Below are positions 28,209 to 38,206 of a stretch of DNA of 64,000 nt, piece after piece. The stretch is from the IMG/VR virus record IMGVR_UViG_3300025133_000066, positions 1-64,000 of that record; one strand, written 5' to 3'. The number at the start of each line of letters is the position of its first letter. Position 1 is the first letter of the stretch. The position numbers were made by a program, and so were the translations under genes. Source of the DNA: a virus. A model generated the notes under the pieces. It saw only the letters and a list, made by a program, of their open reading frames with translations. It searched no databases and had not been told where the DNA came from.

Positions 28209-31200
28209 TCACTGTTCAATAAAGGCATAACCATTTTTCTTGTCAATTACAATTTGCATATCAACACAATCTTTAAGACTGTCCAGATGGGAGATAAGAA
28301 GGACTGTTTTGAAATAAGATCTAATCAAATCCAGGATATCAACAAATCCTTGCATATTTTCTTCATCTAGGGCAGTTCCTGGCTCATCAAGGATGAAGAA
28401 ATCCGACTTTGGAAGAGAAGAAACACTCAACAGAGCCAAGCGAATTGCCATGGCGGCAATTGTTTTCTCGGCTCCAGACCCCATTTCTAGCGGACGAGGT
28501 TCGTGGCGTGGATGTTTGATGAAAATATCAAGTCTTTTACCGTCATCCTCGAAGAAAACCTCAAAATCAACGATATTTGCCAGGATTTTGGCAACCTCAT
28601 CATTGATTACGGGTAATTTGCGCTTAATAACATCATAGGCTATCCCATTTGGGTGCATGCAGCGCAGGTAAAGATCATAAGAAGAGAATTCTTCCTGTAA
28701 ATCAAGGTATTCGTTTCTCTGAGTTATCAGATTATTAACTTTTTGTTCTAAAGATCCGACAGACTTATATATATCCAGAATAGATGATGTACACTTTTCA
28801 TGATTGCTTTGAAAATTTTGTGATTTGATTTTTAAGCCTCTTAACTTTTGTGACAAATTCCCCAGATTTTCAATAATTTCCTTATTTAGTTCATATTCTG
28901 AGACCTTTTCTTCTGATATTTCTATTTCAGACATCAAGTTTTTAATGATACTAACATTTTTCTCTATTTTAAGGTCATAATTTGTTATTTTATTGGACAG
29001 TGCATTCTTTTTATTAACAATTTCATTGTATTTTCCTATATGATCTTCAACTTCATCGGGGTTAATCTCCTCAATATCGTCGTTCAGGTCATCAATTTGC
29101 CCCGAGAGGTTCTCGGCCTCTTTTTCGTTGAGCGGAATGGTTGCTTTAGAAACATATGCATCCTTAATAAATTTACATTTGGGATGTGCGGTACCACAGG
29201 GAATTCCCTGAAGCAACTGAAGCTTGTTTTTATTTCTTTTAAGCTCTTCCTCTTCTACACTCAATGAATTTTCTAAGATTACTAGTTGATTTAATAATTC
29301 ATGAACCCTTTCCTGTTTCTCAAAGAGGGCTTTCTTATCAAATTCTCCCAAAAAAAGAAGAATCTTTCGATATTTCTCCTTATCTGCATCTCTTTCTATA
29401 TAAAACTCACTATTTTGGTCTGAAACGGAGATTAATTGGTTCTTTTTGTCATTTAATTCTTGTTGAACTTTCATAACATCTATAATTTCGGCAGGAATTG
29501 ACTTTATCTTTTCATTTATTTCTCCTATTTCTTTATTACATTGAGAAATGTTGAATTTGATAGTCTCGCAGTGGTGTTTTTTCCTTTCAAGATCGTTGTT
29601 GGCATTCTCAAGCTCTTCTTGTGCAAATAAAATATCGTTATTAAAGTCTCTTCCCTCTGATTTTTTTAGAGCGCCCCTAGTATCGGATGCATCTTCTTTG
29701 GCTAATCGAAATTTATGTTCAAAAAATTCCAAATCAAGAAACTTGGCAAGAATCTCCTTTCTCTTTGTTGAACCTTCTTTAATAAAGGTAAGAGAATCGA
29801 GTTGAGAGGCCATTGATGAATAAAGAAAGTCCTCCAATGTTCCAAAAACCTTTCTAATGTTCTTGTCAGTTTGATTTCTCGTCAAACCATTGAGGCTCTC
29901 CATATCTCCAAGTGCAGGATCATAAACTGTGAATTCTACATTTGTTTTTGCTTCCTGAGTTACAGATCCTTTTAATTTTCTAGTATATTTTTCTGAATTT
30001 CTCTCAATATAATAATCCTTATCTCCGATAGAGATCTTAACTTTACCGGATCCGACTTTTTTATTTTGATTTATAATATTTAGGTTTTTTCTGTCGTTTT
30101 TTGATGTTGAATTGAACACTGTATACAAGATTGAATCAATAATACTCGACTTTCCAGAAAAGTTCTTTCCGAAAATGCCGACGATACCCTCTAGGCTATC
30201 AAAATTAATGCTATTCCCCTCTGCATAATTAAATAAATTGCTCCATTCAATAGATCGAAGCCTCCAATTGATGTTTCGAGAGACCTCTTCGTTCTCCTCG
30301 GCAATCTTATTGTATTTTAAATTTAAATTAATGACCCTTTGCATCAATTCATCGTCAACCTCAAAATCTTTCAAGTATTCTTTAATGAGTTCCTCTTGAA
30401 TTTGAATATTTCTAAGGTCTTCAGTCTCTAAACCATCTGTAATATTCTGGATATCTCCTTTTTCTCCGGTTGCTCGGTTCAAAAAGGTAATGCTCTCTGG
30501 TTTAAACCTTCGTTTTGCCACCTCTGTTGCCTTCCTCATTACATCGAGGGGTAAATTGTTGTTTGAGACCAATCGAAGTCTAGCAGATTGCGGAATATTT
30601 TTGGCTGCACTTCTCGGCATCTTACCTTTTGGTGTCAATTCGATGGTCATGAAGGGTCTTGGGTTCTTAATATTAAAATGTTGGCAAGTAAAGTCTTCCT
30701 TACTTTGAATATCCCATAGTAAAAATCCCTTGTCGTTTGTTTCGCCGTGATTTTGTTGGATTGTGGATCCAGGATAGCGAATTTTACCTTCGGCATCAAG
30801 TCTTTGGTCAGTTTTGTGAATATCTCCCAATAAGCCGTAATCATGTCCTTCAAAAATCTCAATAGGGTGCTCTCCATGAGTCATAACCCAGCCTGTATCA
30901 GTGACAACACCGGAAACGGATCCGTGATAAAGAGCAATATTAATTTTGCTCGGATCCGAAGGTTTAACCCACCCCTCCTCATCAAAAACAGACAAAATAT
31001 TTAGTGTTACATTCGCCGATAGAGGTGTTTCGCCCGATTTCTTAAGCAAATATAGGTTTGGGTGAGCTAAGGCCTCCACGATAGGTGTGAGGGCATCCTG
31101 ACGGCTACTATTGCGCAGATTTCCGTCGTGATTTCCCAGAATGACGTAAGTTGGTGCGATATGAGCGAGATTACTCAAAAAATCAGAGCACATTTCGACA

Positions 31201-31367
31201 AATTCTGGACTAATTTGTGTTTTTGTGTGAGCAATATCACCACAATGAACGATATAATCTGGCTTTTCCCTTCTTAAAATATCATATAGCTCGTTGAAAA
31301 TAATTCTGTATTCATAATGATACTTTAAATTCTTAATATGTGTGTCTGCAATGTGGGCAATTCTCAA
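28209..31367 (-). CDS. Fused Mre11/SbcD nuclease-Rad50/SbcC ATPase (gp47-gp46 fusion)
   Basis: ADTH, GDIAH, GNHD, LGDIH phosphoesterase motifs; then GKNFSGKSS Walker A, coiled coil, GSGAEK signature, FILDEP Walker B, LISH. Confidence 0.92.
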   Translation of the reverse strand: MRIAHIADTHIKNLKYHYEYRIIFNELYDILRREKPDYIVHCGDIAHTKTQISPEFVEMCSDFLSNLAHIAPTYVILGNHDGNLRNSSRQDALTPIVEALAHPNLYLLKKSGETPLSANVTLNILSVFDEEGWVKPSDPSKINIALYHGSVSGVVTDTGWVMTHGEHPIEIFEGHDYGLLGDIHKTDQRLDAEGKIRYPGSTIQQNHGETNDKGFLLWDIQSKEDFTCQHFNIKNPRPFMTIELTPKGKMPRSAAKNIPQSARLRLVSNNNLPLDVMRKATEVAKRRFKPESITFLNRATGEKGDIQNITDGLETEDLRNIQIQEELIKEYLKDFEVDDELMQRVINLNLKYNKIAEENEEVSRNINWRLRSIEWSNLFNYAEGNSINFDSLEGIVGIFGKNFSGKSSIIDSILYTVFNSTSKNDRKNLNIINQNKKVGSGKVKISIGDKDYYIERNSEKYTRKLKGSVTQEAKTNVEFTVYDPALGDMESLNGLTRNQTDKNIRKVFGTLEDFLYSSMASQLDSLTFIKEGSTKRKEILAKFLDLEFFEHKFRLAKEDASDTRGALKKSEGRDFNNDILFAQEELENANNDLERKKHHCETIKFNISQCNKEIGEINEKIKSIPAEIIDVMKVQQELNDKKNQLISVSDQNSEFYIERDADKEKYRKILLFLGEFDKKALFEKQERVHELLNQLVILENSLSVEEEELKRNKNKLQLLQGIPCGTAHPKCKFIKDAYVSKATIPLNEKEAENLSGQIDDLNDDIEEINPDEVEDHIGKYNEIVNKKNALSNKITNYDLKIEKNVSIIKNLMSEIEISEEKVSEYELNKEIIENLGNLSQKLRGLKIKSQNFQSNHEKCTSSILDIYKSVGSLEQKVNNLITQRNEYLDLQEEFSSYDLYLRCMHPNGIAYDVIKRKLPVINDEVAKILANIVDFEVFFEDDGKRLDIFIKHPRHEPRPLEMGSGAEKTIAAMAIRLALLSVSSLPKSDFFILDEPGTALDEENMQGFVDILDLIRSYFKTVLLISHLDSLKDCVDMQIVIDKKNGYAFIEQ

Positions 31368-31376
31368 ACTTCTCTC

Positions 31377-32300
31377 CTATAAATTAGAAATTGCCGAAAC
31401 CAAGGAATCCTCTTCCTTAATAAGCGGTGCATTCTGACTTAAATTCTTAACTTCTTCTTTGGACATATCACCTATGTCCCTCTCGTCATCATATTGTATT
31501 TCACGGATCTCAATTCCGTATTTCAAAAACAATCTTTTGATGTTTTCGGCTTTGTATTTTGCATCTGGGTCTAGTGCCAACAAAATTGGTGTGTCGTTTT
31601 GAACTATTCTTCTGAATATTCTCGATGTTTCTCTAATCGTTGATCCCAAAATAGGAATCGCGTTCTCGGCTTTAATGGCATCGAATGCACCTTCAACAAT
31701 TGTTACCTCCTTATCAAAATCAACGTATAATTCATTGAATATGATATCTCGACTAACTGGGGGATTTAAATATCTTTTGTAGTTGTCGGTAAATGTTCTC
31801 GCAATAAAATAGTTAAGGTCACCGTTTTCGTTAAAAGACGGGATAATAATTCTTCCCCTATACGGACCATCGGAACAAAAGCCCATCTTCCACTTTAAGA
31901 TGTCTTTTTTATCAATTCCGCGATCTTTAAGATATTTTAGGGGTGTCTGGAACCTCTTATTGCCGCACAAACTCTTAAAACTTGGTGGCATTTGTAATAT
32001 CTGTTCAAAATTTTCTTTCTCGTCTTCTTCGAAGAGGTTATCAAACCCATTTAAGTCTGTTTTTTCTCCCGAAAGAGCTTTCCAAGTTTCTCGTTGCTTA
32101 AAAGATCCAAATCGACGTATTAATCGATAGAGACTTCGACCTTTTGCATCACAAATCCAACATTTATAAACTCCGCGCTTAATGTTGACAGAAAATTTTC
32201 TTTTATGATGTTTACAGTAGGGGCATTGAAAAAGATGTTCATCATTTGACTCATAATAAGATCCAAGAATGTCTGATAATAGAGAGATTTTTTCTTTCAT
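31377..32300 (-). CDS. DNA primase (Zn finger + TOPRIM, gp61/DnaG-like)
   Basis: CPYC..CWIC, RIIIP, IVEGAFD, LALDPD, DIGD. Confidence 0.88.
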   Translation of the reverse strand: MKEKISLLSDILGSYYESNDEHLFQCPYCKHHKRKFSVNIKRGVYKCWICDAKGRSLYRLIRRFGSFKQRETWKALSGEKTDLNGFDNLFEEDEKENFEQILQMPPSFKSLCGNKRFQTPLKYLKDRGIDKKDILKWKMGFCSDGPYRGRIIIPSFNENGDLNYFIARTFTDNYKRYLNPPVSRDIIFNELYVDFDKEVTIVEGAFDAIKAENAIPILGSTIRETSRIFRRIVQNDTPILLALDPDAKYKAENIKRLFLKYGIEIREIQYDDERDIGDMSKEEVKNLSQNAPLIKEEDSLVSAISNL

Positions 32301-32437
32301 TCAATTTCAACATTACAGAATGGTAATATACGGCTATATTGGTACATGGTATATTTTTGACCAAGATAAAATCCCCAAACCAAACCGTTTAAGAGTATTA
32401 AACCTATCCAAAAAGCTAAATAACATTTTTTTTTCAT
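32297..32437 (-). CDS. Unannotated 46-aa single-TM protein
   Basis: GGAGA SD; MKKKCYLAFWIGLILLNGLVWGFYLGQKY...; its TGA overlaps the primase ATG. Confidence 0.6.
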   Translation of the reverse strand: MKKKCYLAFWIGLILLNGLVWGFYLGQKYTMYQYSRILPFCNVEIE

Positions 32438-32457
32438 AAGATTTCTCCATTACTTAT

Positions 32458-32486
32458 ATTATAATAGATTTAGCATCAAAAGTCAA
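32458..32486 (-). promoter_or_regulatory. Sigma70-type early/middle promoter driving the primase and Mre11-Rad50 genes
   Basis: TTGACT-17 nt-TATAAT on the minus strand. Confidence 0.8.
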
Positions 32487-32491
32487 GCTTT

Positions 32492-33757
32492 TTATTTATT
32501 TATTTTTGCATCGCGGTTGTCGTCTGCGGCGCCCATGGCGTCAATCATCATGTCTACCACTTCACTTTGGCTTTCTCCGGTAGCATCCTGATATTTTTTG
32601 GCCAGCGCTATCTGGAACTCTTCAAGATTATCAAATCCATTTTCGCTTGTTATGGCTAGGCGCTCTTCAGGGGTGCCGTTTATCATTCCAGTCATTACTC
32701 TTTTTATTGTAGTTTCATAAATATCATGGGCTATTGACCATTCAAGAGGCAACATTTGTGCTCTTAGGTCGGGGTGTGATGCCAAGCCAGAGCCATATCG
32801 TCCTTGCGTCTTATATCCATGTTGGCCAATATCGCCGTGAATATATGCTTCAAGTTGTTCAAGTTCTCTTAAATTGTAAGATGGCCCTGTACACACTCTT
32901 GTTTCCTCCCCTGTTTCCGGGTCTTTCTCTTCCCTACAACCAGTAGGAGCCATTCCCCCTCGGAGCCTCTTTGTGGTGTCCATAAAATAGCCCGGACCTG
33001 CCCCTTCGCGGGATTCGGAATAAAATTGCTCTCGTGGCATCGGATCGGTTCCGCTAATTTTCGCCCTAAAGTCGGCCACAGTCATTTGTGATCCAGGAAG
33101 CAGGAAATCATCAGATAGGGATTTCGCTGGTATATAAGCATATTGGCCGCTTTGTCCTGCGGGTGCCATTTCCCACCCTTCGGCTGGGAGGTCCTCAGGG
33201 GATTTTATGGATTTCTCATTATTATAAAAGCTTTTATAGCGCTGCAATTCGGCTTTTCTTTCTTTTTCGTAAACTTCATTTGCGATGCGGATTTGGTGCA
33301 TCTCATTCATAGCTTTAATCACATATCCGCCGCCTACAGTCGCTGAGGCGACCAGAGCTAGGCCGGCCAGTATTGGCATAATTTTCATTAATTTTCGTTT
33401 TCGCGCCATGGATTTCTCATAGTCTAATATATCTGTGCCCTCTTGTCCAAAAAGCTCTTCAACATCACCATGACGGTCAAAAGGATTCCAACGACCTTCT
33501 TGCATTGAGGCCGATGTTGATCCTTGTGCCAACTTCTTCAATGTAGATATGGCAGATTCAGCGATCTCTTCTGGAGATTTTCCTTCTCCTTGAAGTTTAG
33601 CAAGCATCTCGTGGGCGCGTTCGAGGTCTTCTTTGGTCACTCCAAATTTGTTCACTAGATCTTTTATTTTTTGCGGAGATGGTGGCTCTTCTTCTTCTTC
33701 TTCTTCTTCTTTCATATATTTCTGCCACTTTTCCATCAAAAGGCGCATTTCGGACAT
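32492..33757 (-). CDS. Leader-bearing protein with a TM helix (421 aa), putative ejected protein
   Basis: MSEMRLLMEKWQKYMKE, poly-E, hydrophobic ILAGLALVASATVGGGYV. Confidence 0.65.
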   Translation of the reverse strand: MSEMRLLMEKWQKYMKEEEEEEEEPPSPQKIKDLVNKFGVTKEDLERAHEMLAKLQGEGKSPEEIAESAISTLKKLAQGSTSASMQEGRWNPFDRHGDVEELFGQEGTDILDYEKSMARKRKLMKIMPILAGLALVASATVGGGYVIKAMNEMHQIRIANEVYEKERKAELQRYKSFYNNEKSIKSPEDLPAEGWEMAPAGQSGQYAYIPAKSLSDDFLLPGSQMTVADFRAKISGTDPMPREQFYSESREGAGPGYFMDTTKRLRGGMAPTGCREEKDPETGEETRVCTGPSYNLRELEQLEAYIHGDIGQHGYKTQGRYGSGLASHPDLRAQMLPLEWSIAHDIYETTIKRVMTGMINGTPEERLAITSENGFDNLEEFQIALAKKYQDATGESQSEVVDMMIDAMGAADDNRDAKINK

Positions 33758-33839
33758 TTTTTAGATTCTCCTGTAATAAGTAGTGCCATGCGCGAGGAAC
33801 GACGATCGTGCTTTTTTGTCAAGAACTATTTTAGTTTTT

Positions 33840-34427
33840 TTACTCTGGCTCTTCGACAGCATATCCGGTTTTTCCAAATAAGTTTTTATTATTGACAAAC
33901 TTCTTTATCATAATATCAATATCTGGTATGGGGGCATCAGGATTGGTTTTTATTTGTGTTTCGACATCTTTGAACATTTTTTCCATAAATTCTTTTTCTA
34001 AACCATCATCAACTAATTTTTGAAGACCGTCATCGAGATTGAATGCGTCTAAAACTGGATTTGCTTTTGTAACCTCGTCTTCCTCCTGCCCATAAGTTTT
34101 ATAAATCCCCCTTACTCTATTTACGATGTTTTTTGCGGCGACGAGGCCGCCGATGACTGGCACAAATGAGGCCACGATGTCCATTACATCGCTGCCCAAA
34201 TCTTTTGCCAACTGCTTTTGTCTTTCTCGACTAAGTTCGCCAGCTTTTACTGCTTGTGCGATTTTCAGCGCCTGATCCAACTGTCTCCAAGTTAATTTTC
34301 CGGACTTCATTTGTTCTCTTGACTGGCTGGCCTTTTCTTCTTTATCTTGGCTTGCTGCTTCCTCTCTCCATCCTTCATTTATTTCAAAATTTCTCCAATT
34401 TTCCATAATAAGCTTCATTTTAGACAT
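33840..34427 (-). CDS. Leader-bearing protein (195 aa)
   Basis: MSKMKLIMENWRNFEINEG; hydrophobic IVASFVPVIGGLVAA. Confidence 0.65.
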   Translation of the reverse strand: MSKMKLIMENWRNFEINEGWREEAASQDKEEKASQSREQMKSGKLTWRQLDQALKIAQAVKAGELSRERQKQLAKDLGSDVMDIVASFVPVIGGLVAAKNIVNRVRGIYKTYGQEEDEVTKANPVLDAFNLDDGLQKLVDDGLEKEFMEKMFKDVETQIKTNPDAPIPDIDIMIKKFVNNKNLFGKTGYAVEEPE

Positions 34428-34433
34428 TTTAGA

Positions 34434-34946
34434 CTATTTCCCTTGTAATAAATAGTGTCCAGCGCGGGCAACAACAATTGCATCTGCAATATCATAGCAA
34501 TATTTTTGAACATTCCCAAATCTGGTATAAATAATCTCAAATTCTTTACTTTCAATGAAGTGTTCCATAACAACTTCTTTTGCCTTCTTGCCTCGGGCTA
34601 TTTTTATGCCACATTTAGAGCGAGCACTGATCGGACTTATATAGTTCGGTTCCATATCATATATATTATAACACATCCAAGATATAATGCCATTAAATCG
34701 TTGAAGAATTGACATAGTTTTGGCAGTCGAGCCGCCTCTTCGGAAAAACATGAGAGCTTGTTCTATAAAAATGTGTTTTACATCGTACTTTTCTTTAACC
34801 TCTTTTAAAGTTGTTTCTACTTTTCTGGCTTTTTCAAAGAATGAACCAGTCTTGCGTAAATCAACATAGTCTGTATAAATTATTTTGTCATTTTCGAGGA
34901 TACAGACGCCTATAATACTTGTACTTATATCAAGTCCTAAAATCAT
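34434..34946 (-). CDS. ruvC: RuvC-like Holliday junction resolvase
   Basis: ILGLDIST, IFIEQ, DIADAIVVA catalytic acidic residues. Confidence 0.85.
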   Translation of the reverse strand: MILGLDISTSIIGVCILENDKIIYTDYVDLRKTGSFFEKARKVETTLKEVKEKYDVKHIFIEQALMFFRRGGSTAKTMSILQRFNGIISWMCYNIYDMEPNYISPISARSKCGIKIARGKKAKEVVMEHFIESKEFEIIYTRFGNVQKYCYDIADAIVVARAGHYLLQGK

Positions 34947-36115
34947 TAAATATCCAATTTGAGTTTAAAGGTAAGATCCCTGTCTTGTGTTTTTTTGACA
35001 GGATTTGCAACCGTTGCGATTCCAATCAAATTTTTATCCTCGTCATATATGCCTACTTTTGATATATAAGTTACTTTTTCAAAAGATCCTGCTGGATCTG
35101 TATAAGAAGAGCTAACTATGTTTTTAATAGAAAGATTAGTGTTTTCTTTATAAATGTCGGATGCAGTTAAAGGTGCCTCAACCTGTCCATATTCAATATA
35201 TGTTGGATTATTGGAGTGATTCATCTCTATTTTATTTGCATGAGCAAACATAGTTAATGTAGGGATACTATTAACACCCTTCATATTAAATGAATAACTA
35301 GAAGATGGAATAATTCCCGATGGAATTCCATCGTTCGCGCCAACTCCAAAGAAAAGCCACGAAGATGTCATAAGATTGGTTCCATCATTCAAATAATTTC
35401 TGGCAATTCCTGTTTCAAGATACCAAGATCCAGTTAAGAGAACAAACCCCTCATTATACAGGGCTACACCAGCTACGGATCCCGATCCGGTGCTTCCTGC
35501 GGGACCAGTTTGAACCATTTCTCCATTTTGCCTCTCATCTTTTAGAGTTCCGATGAGGGTTCCTGAAATATAAAAACTTAATTCTAATCCTCCTTTCTTT
35601 ACTGAGCTTCCATAAAGAATTGATGGAATAGAAATTAGATTAAGCGGCTGTGTTCCCTTGTTCCCAAAAGAAGAGCTATATTGATATTGTCGGCTTAGGC
35701 TTGTATAAAAATTTAAAGTATTTTTAAGGGCGTCCACTTCTGGGCGCGACTGGCCTAGCTGATAAAAATTCCTTTTAATGCTCGATGAAAGAGGATAGCT
35801 ACCGGTTATTGTATCTCCATATAAAAAATCACTATTAAAAGTGGTAGTGGAAATTGTTTTTGTTCCAATGCGACTTCCACCCTTTGTGACAAACGGATAA
35901 ATTAATCCTGTATCGGTCTCGTTTCTGTCGACATTGATCTCGAATAAAGAAACAAACCCTGTTTCCACACACGGAACAGGGGCAGTAAATTGCCCACTTA
36001 TTTGTTTTTGATTATTCCAGTATACATTTGAATCATATATTTCAAATGTTTGCTCTGGATTTGTTTCCAGAACATTATAAAGTATATCTTTGTCCTCAAA
36101 CTTTTTAAATGTCAT
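34946..36115 (-). CDS. Virion protein with tail-collar-like C-terminal motif (389 aa)
   Basis: YISKVGIYDEDKNLIGIATVANPVKK; paralogous to its neighbour. Confidence 0.6.
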   Translation of the reverse strand: MTFKKFEDKDILYNVLETNPEQTFEIYDSNVYWNNQKQISGQFTAPVPCVETGFVSLFEINVDRNETDTGLIYPFVTKGGSRIGTKTISTTTFNSDFLYGDTITGSYPLSSSIKRNFYQLGQSRPEVDALKNTLNFYTSLSRQYQYSSSFGNKGTQPLNLISIPSILYGSSVKKGGLELSFYISGTLIGTLKDERQNGEMVQTGPAGSTGSGSVAGVALYNEGFVLLTGSWYLETGIARNYLNDGTNLMTSSWLFFGVGANDGIPSGIIPSSSYSFNMKGVNSIPTLTMFAHANKIEMNHSNNPTYIEYGQVEAPLTASDIYKENTNLSIKNIVSSSYTDPAGSFEKVTYISKVGIYDEDKNLIGIATVANPVKKTQDRDLTFKLKLDI

Positions 36116-36141
36116 ATCATTAATAAATAGTCAACTGACTA

Positions 36142-37182
36142 TTAATAATCTAATCTTACACGAAGAGTTAATTCATTCGTGGGATCTTTTTTCAGAGGTT
36201 CTGAAACTTTTGCAACAGCAAGAAGTTCATTATCATCAGAATAAAGCCCAATTGTGGTAATATAAGCCGCAGGATTGTCTGTGGAAATATTTTTTACTCT
36301 TATTTTGCTTCCATTAAGATATGTTGGGTTTGCGCTGTAATTAAATTCATTTGTACTTGCACGACAGAAGTAAATGGTACTGTTCAATTCCGTGGTGTTA
36401 TTAAAATCAAGATCATCCCATCTGTTTCTAACACCATCGCATGCAGAAGAAATTTCTGTTCCGGTCAAAACTGCATCAATTGAAGCGGTATCATAAGTTG
36501 CACCTGGAGCACCAAACTCGCCATCAAATATAGATGCGGTCAAAACGGCGATTCCAGCCTGATAATAAAGCAAGCCGACGCCAGAACCGGAATTTGGGGG
36601 GGCTGAACTTGTATATAGAATTCCATAATCTCCTGCTGGAGAATTTGTTCTATAATCGCTACCTGCTCCATAATCAGAAATTGTCTTTAGGGAAGAAAAA
36701 TCGGGTGCGCTCGGGGCCCCGCCTGTGGCAAAAGAAAGAAAGAACGATTGTTTTTTGATTTCGTCCTTTGTCAAAAGGCGTGAAAAATTAATAAACACGC
36801 ATTCATTCAAATTATCACCAGCAGTAGAATAGCTTCCATCTCTATCAAATCTACGAATGTCACCATTAGTATCATATCCAGCCAAAACTTGCGCCATTTG
36901 ATTATAAATATTGATCTTTTTGGCATTTTGAACGGAAAGTGAACTGGATAATCCAGACTCCGATGAATAGCCGACTGTCAAATCAAAAATGTGATTTGCA
37001 GATGAGCTTAAATAAGGATAATCATAAACACTCTGGAACATCCCGTGTGCATAATTCTTAATGTTTTCGTCTTCATATGTACCAGAAATTATTGTTCCCG
37101 TAATCGGAATTGCTTCGTGAAGTAATGTCCGAGTATTTGCAATGTCTTTATCTAATACTAATGTTTTAAAGGTGGTAGCCAT
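36142..37182 (-). CDS. Virion protein with tail-collar-like C-terminal motif (346 aa)
   Basis: YITTIGLYSDDNELLAVAKVSEPLKK. Confidence 0.6.
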   Translation of the reverse strand: MATTFKTLVLDKDIANTRTLLHEAIPITGTIISGTYEDENIKNYAHGMFQSVYDYPYLSSSANHIFDLTVGYSSESGLSSSLSVQNAKKINIYNQMAQVLAGYDTNGDIRRFDRDGSYSTAGDNLNECVFINFSRLLTKDEIKKQSFFLSFATGGAPSAPDFSSLKTISDYGAGSDYRTNSPAGDYGILYTSSAPPNSGSGVGLLYYQAGIAVLTASIFDGEFGAPGATYDTASIDAVLTGTEISSACDGVRNRWDDLDFNNTTELNSTIYFCRASTNEFNYSANPTYLNGSKIRVKNISTDNPAAYITTIGLYSDDNELLAVAKVSEPLKKDPTNELTLRVRLDY

Positions 37183-37192
37183 ATTTTAGTCC

Positions 37193-38122
37193 TTATAATT
37201 TCAATAATCTTATCGGAATATCTATTCTATATCCCGTTGTGAGTCCAATAATTCTGAGATTTGTATCAATATAATTAAAAGTAGTATTTAGTCCCCCTCC
37301 CTCTGGCTGTACAAGCGTGGTACTGCCCAGTGTTGTAAACAAATATGTACTATCTCGCAAATCTATACTAGATTGAAGTCCTATTTTTAATCTTGTTCCT
37401 CTTGGGCCCTCTATCGAGCTTTGTTCCGCGCCGCCGGTAAAAGTACTAATATCTTGGATAGGATCAGTTGCGGAGGTTGTATAAGCCACCGAATATGTAG
37501 CAATAGAATCATCATCTATAAAAGAAACAGCAATGGGCGTTCCGGTGCCATCTGTTAGGCTAATTAAGCGATTATCCATTTGAATAGAATATTGCGTCTC
37601 AAACAAATCTGTTGGAAGTCCCGATTCAGTAGGGGGAATTCTGTCGGTGTCTAATCCCTGATCGGTTATGACTGCTGGCTTAACGGGCTGTTCTGCATTG
37701 TAAAAAAGAAACTTTGACGTAGTAGTACCATTGAGTGAGTCATTGGTTGTTGTATCAACTGACACGGGAATTGTTCCGGCCAAACCGGTAACAGTACTTA
37801 AACCCAATCCCGCGCCTTGGGTGAAAAGCTTTAAAACGGGCAAATATAAAACATTTGTTCTGGTAATTGTGATTAACTTTGACTTCATAGAGGAAGTATT
37901 GTTCGTAAATGCCTCCAAGACTGGGGTTTGTAAAATCTCCAAATCATAAAATGCAGATCCCCTTAGATCATTGGGATCGTAAAGTTCATAGTTGATTTCA
38001 TCATCGCCCAAGGCAAATTTAGTAATCTTGAAGCTTCCATCACCTCTTGCCAATCTTTCTCTACCAGCATCTGTCAAAACGGCATCTAATATGATGTCTC
38101 CGCTATTATCTAAAAATGACAT
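37193..38122 (-). CDS. Virion protein with tail-collar-like N-terminal motif (309 aa)
   Basis: DAVLTDAGRERLARG..FKITKFALGDDEINY. Confidence 0.6.
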   Translation of the reverse strand: MSFLDNSGDIILDAVLTDAGRERLARGDGSFKITKFALGDDEINYELYDPNDLRGSAFYDLEILQTPVLEAFTNNTSSMKSKLITITRTNVLYLPVLKLFTQGAGLGLSTVTGLAGTIPVSVDTTTNDSLNGTTTSKFLFYNAEQPVKPAVITDQGLDTDRIPPTESGLPTDLFETQYSIQMDNRLISLTDGTGTPIAVSFIDDDSIATYSVAYTTSATDPIQDISTFTGGAEQSSIEGPRGTRLKIGLQSSIDLRDSTYLFTTLGSTTLVQPEGGGLNTTFNYIDTNLRIIGLTTGYRIDIPIRLLKL

Positions 38123-38206
38123 TAATAAATCCTCTTTTTCATTTAAAATGTTTTTCCTATAATAAATAGTTTAATTTTATCAATTTTTCCAAAACATTTT
38201 CTTTTA

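Noticed and set aside
33688-33713. (GAA)n microsatellite as a phase-variation switch
   Set aside because: Trinucleotide in-frame poly-Glu; length changes would not shift the frame
33795-33823. TTGACA as a sigma70 -35 box
   Set aside because: No -10 hexamer at 16-18 nt spacing
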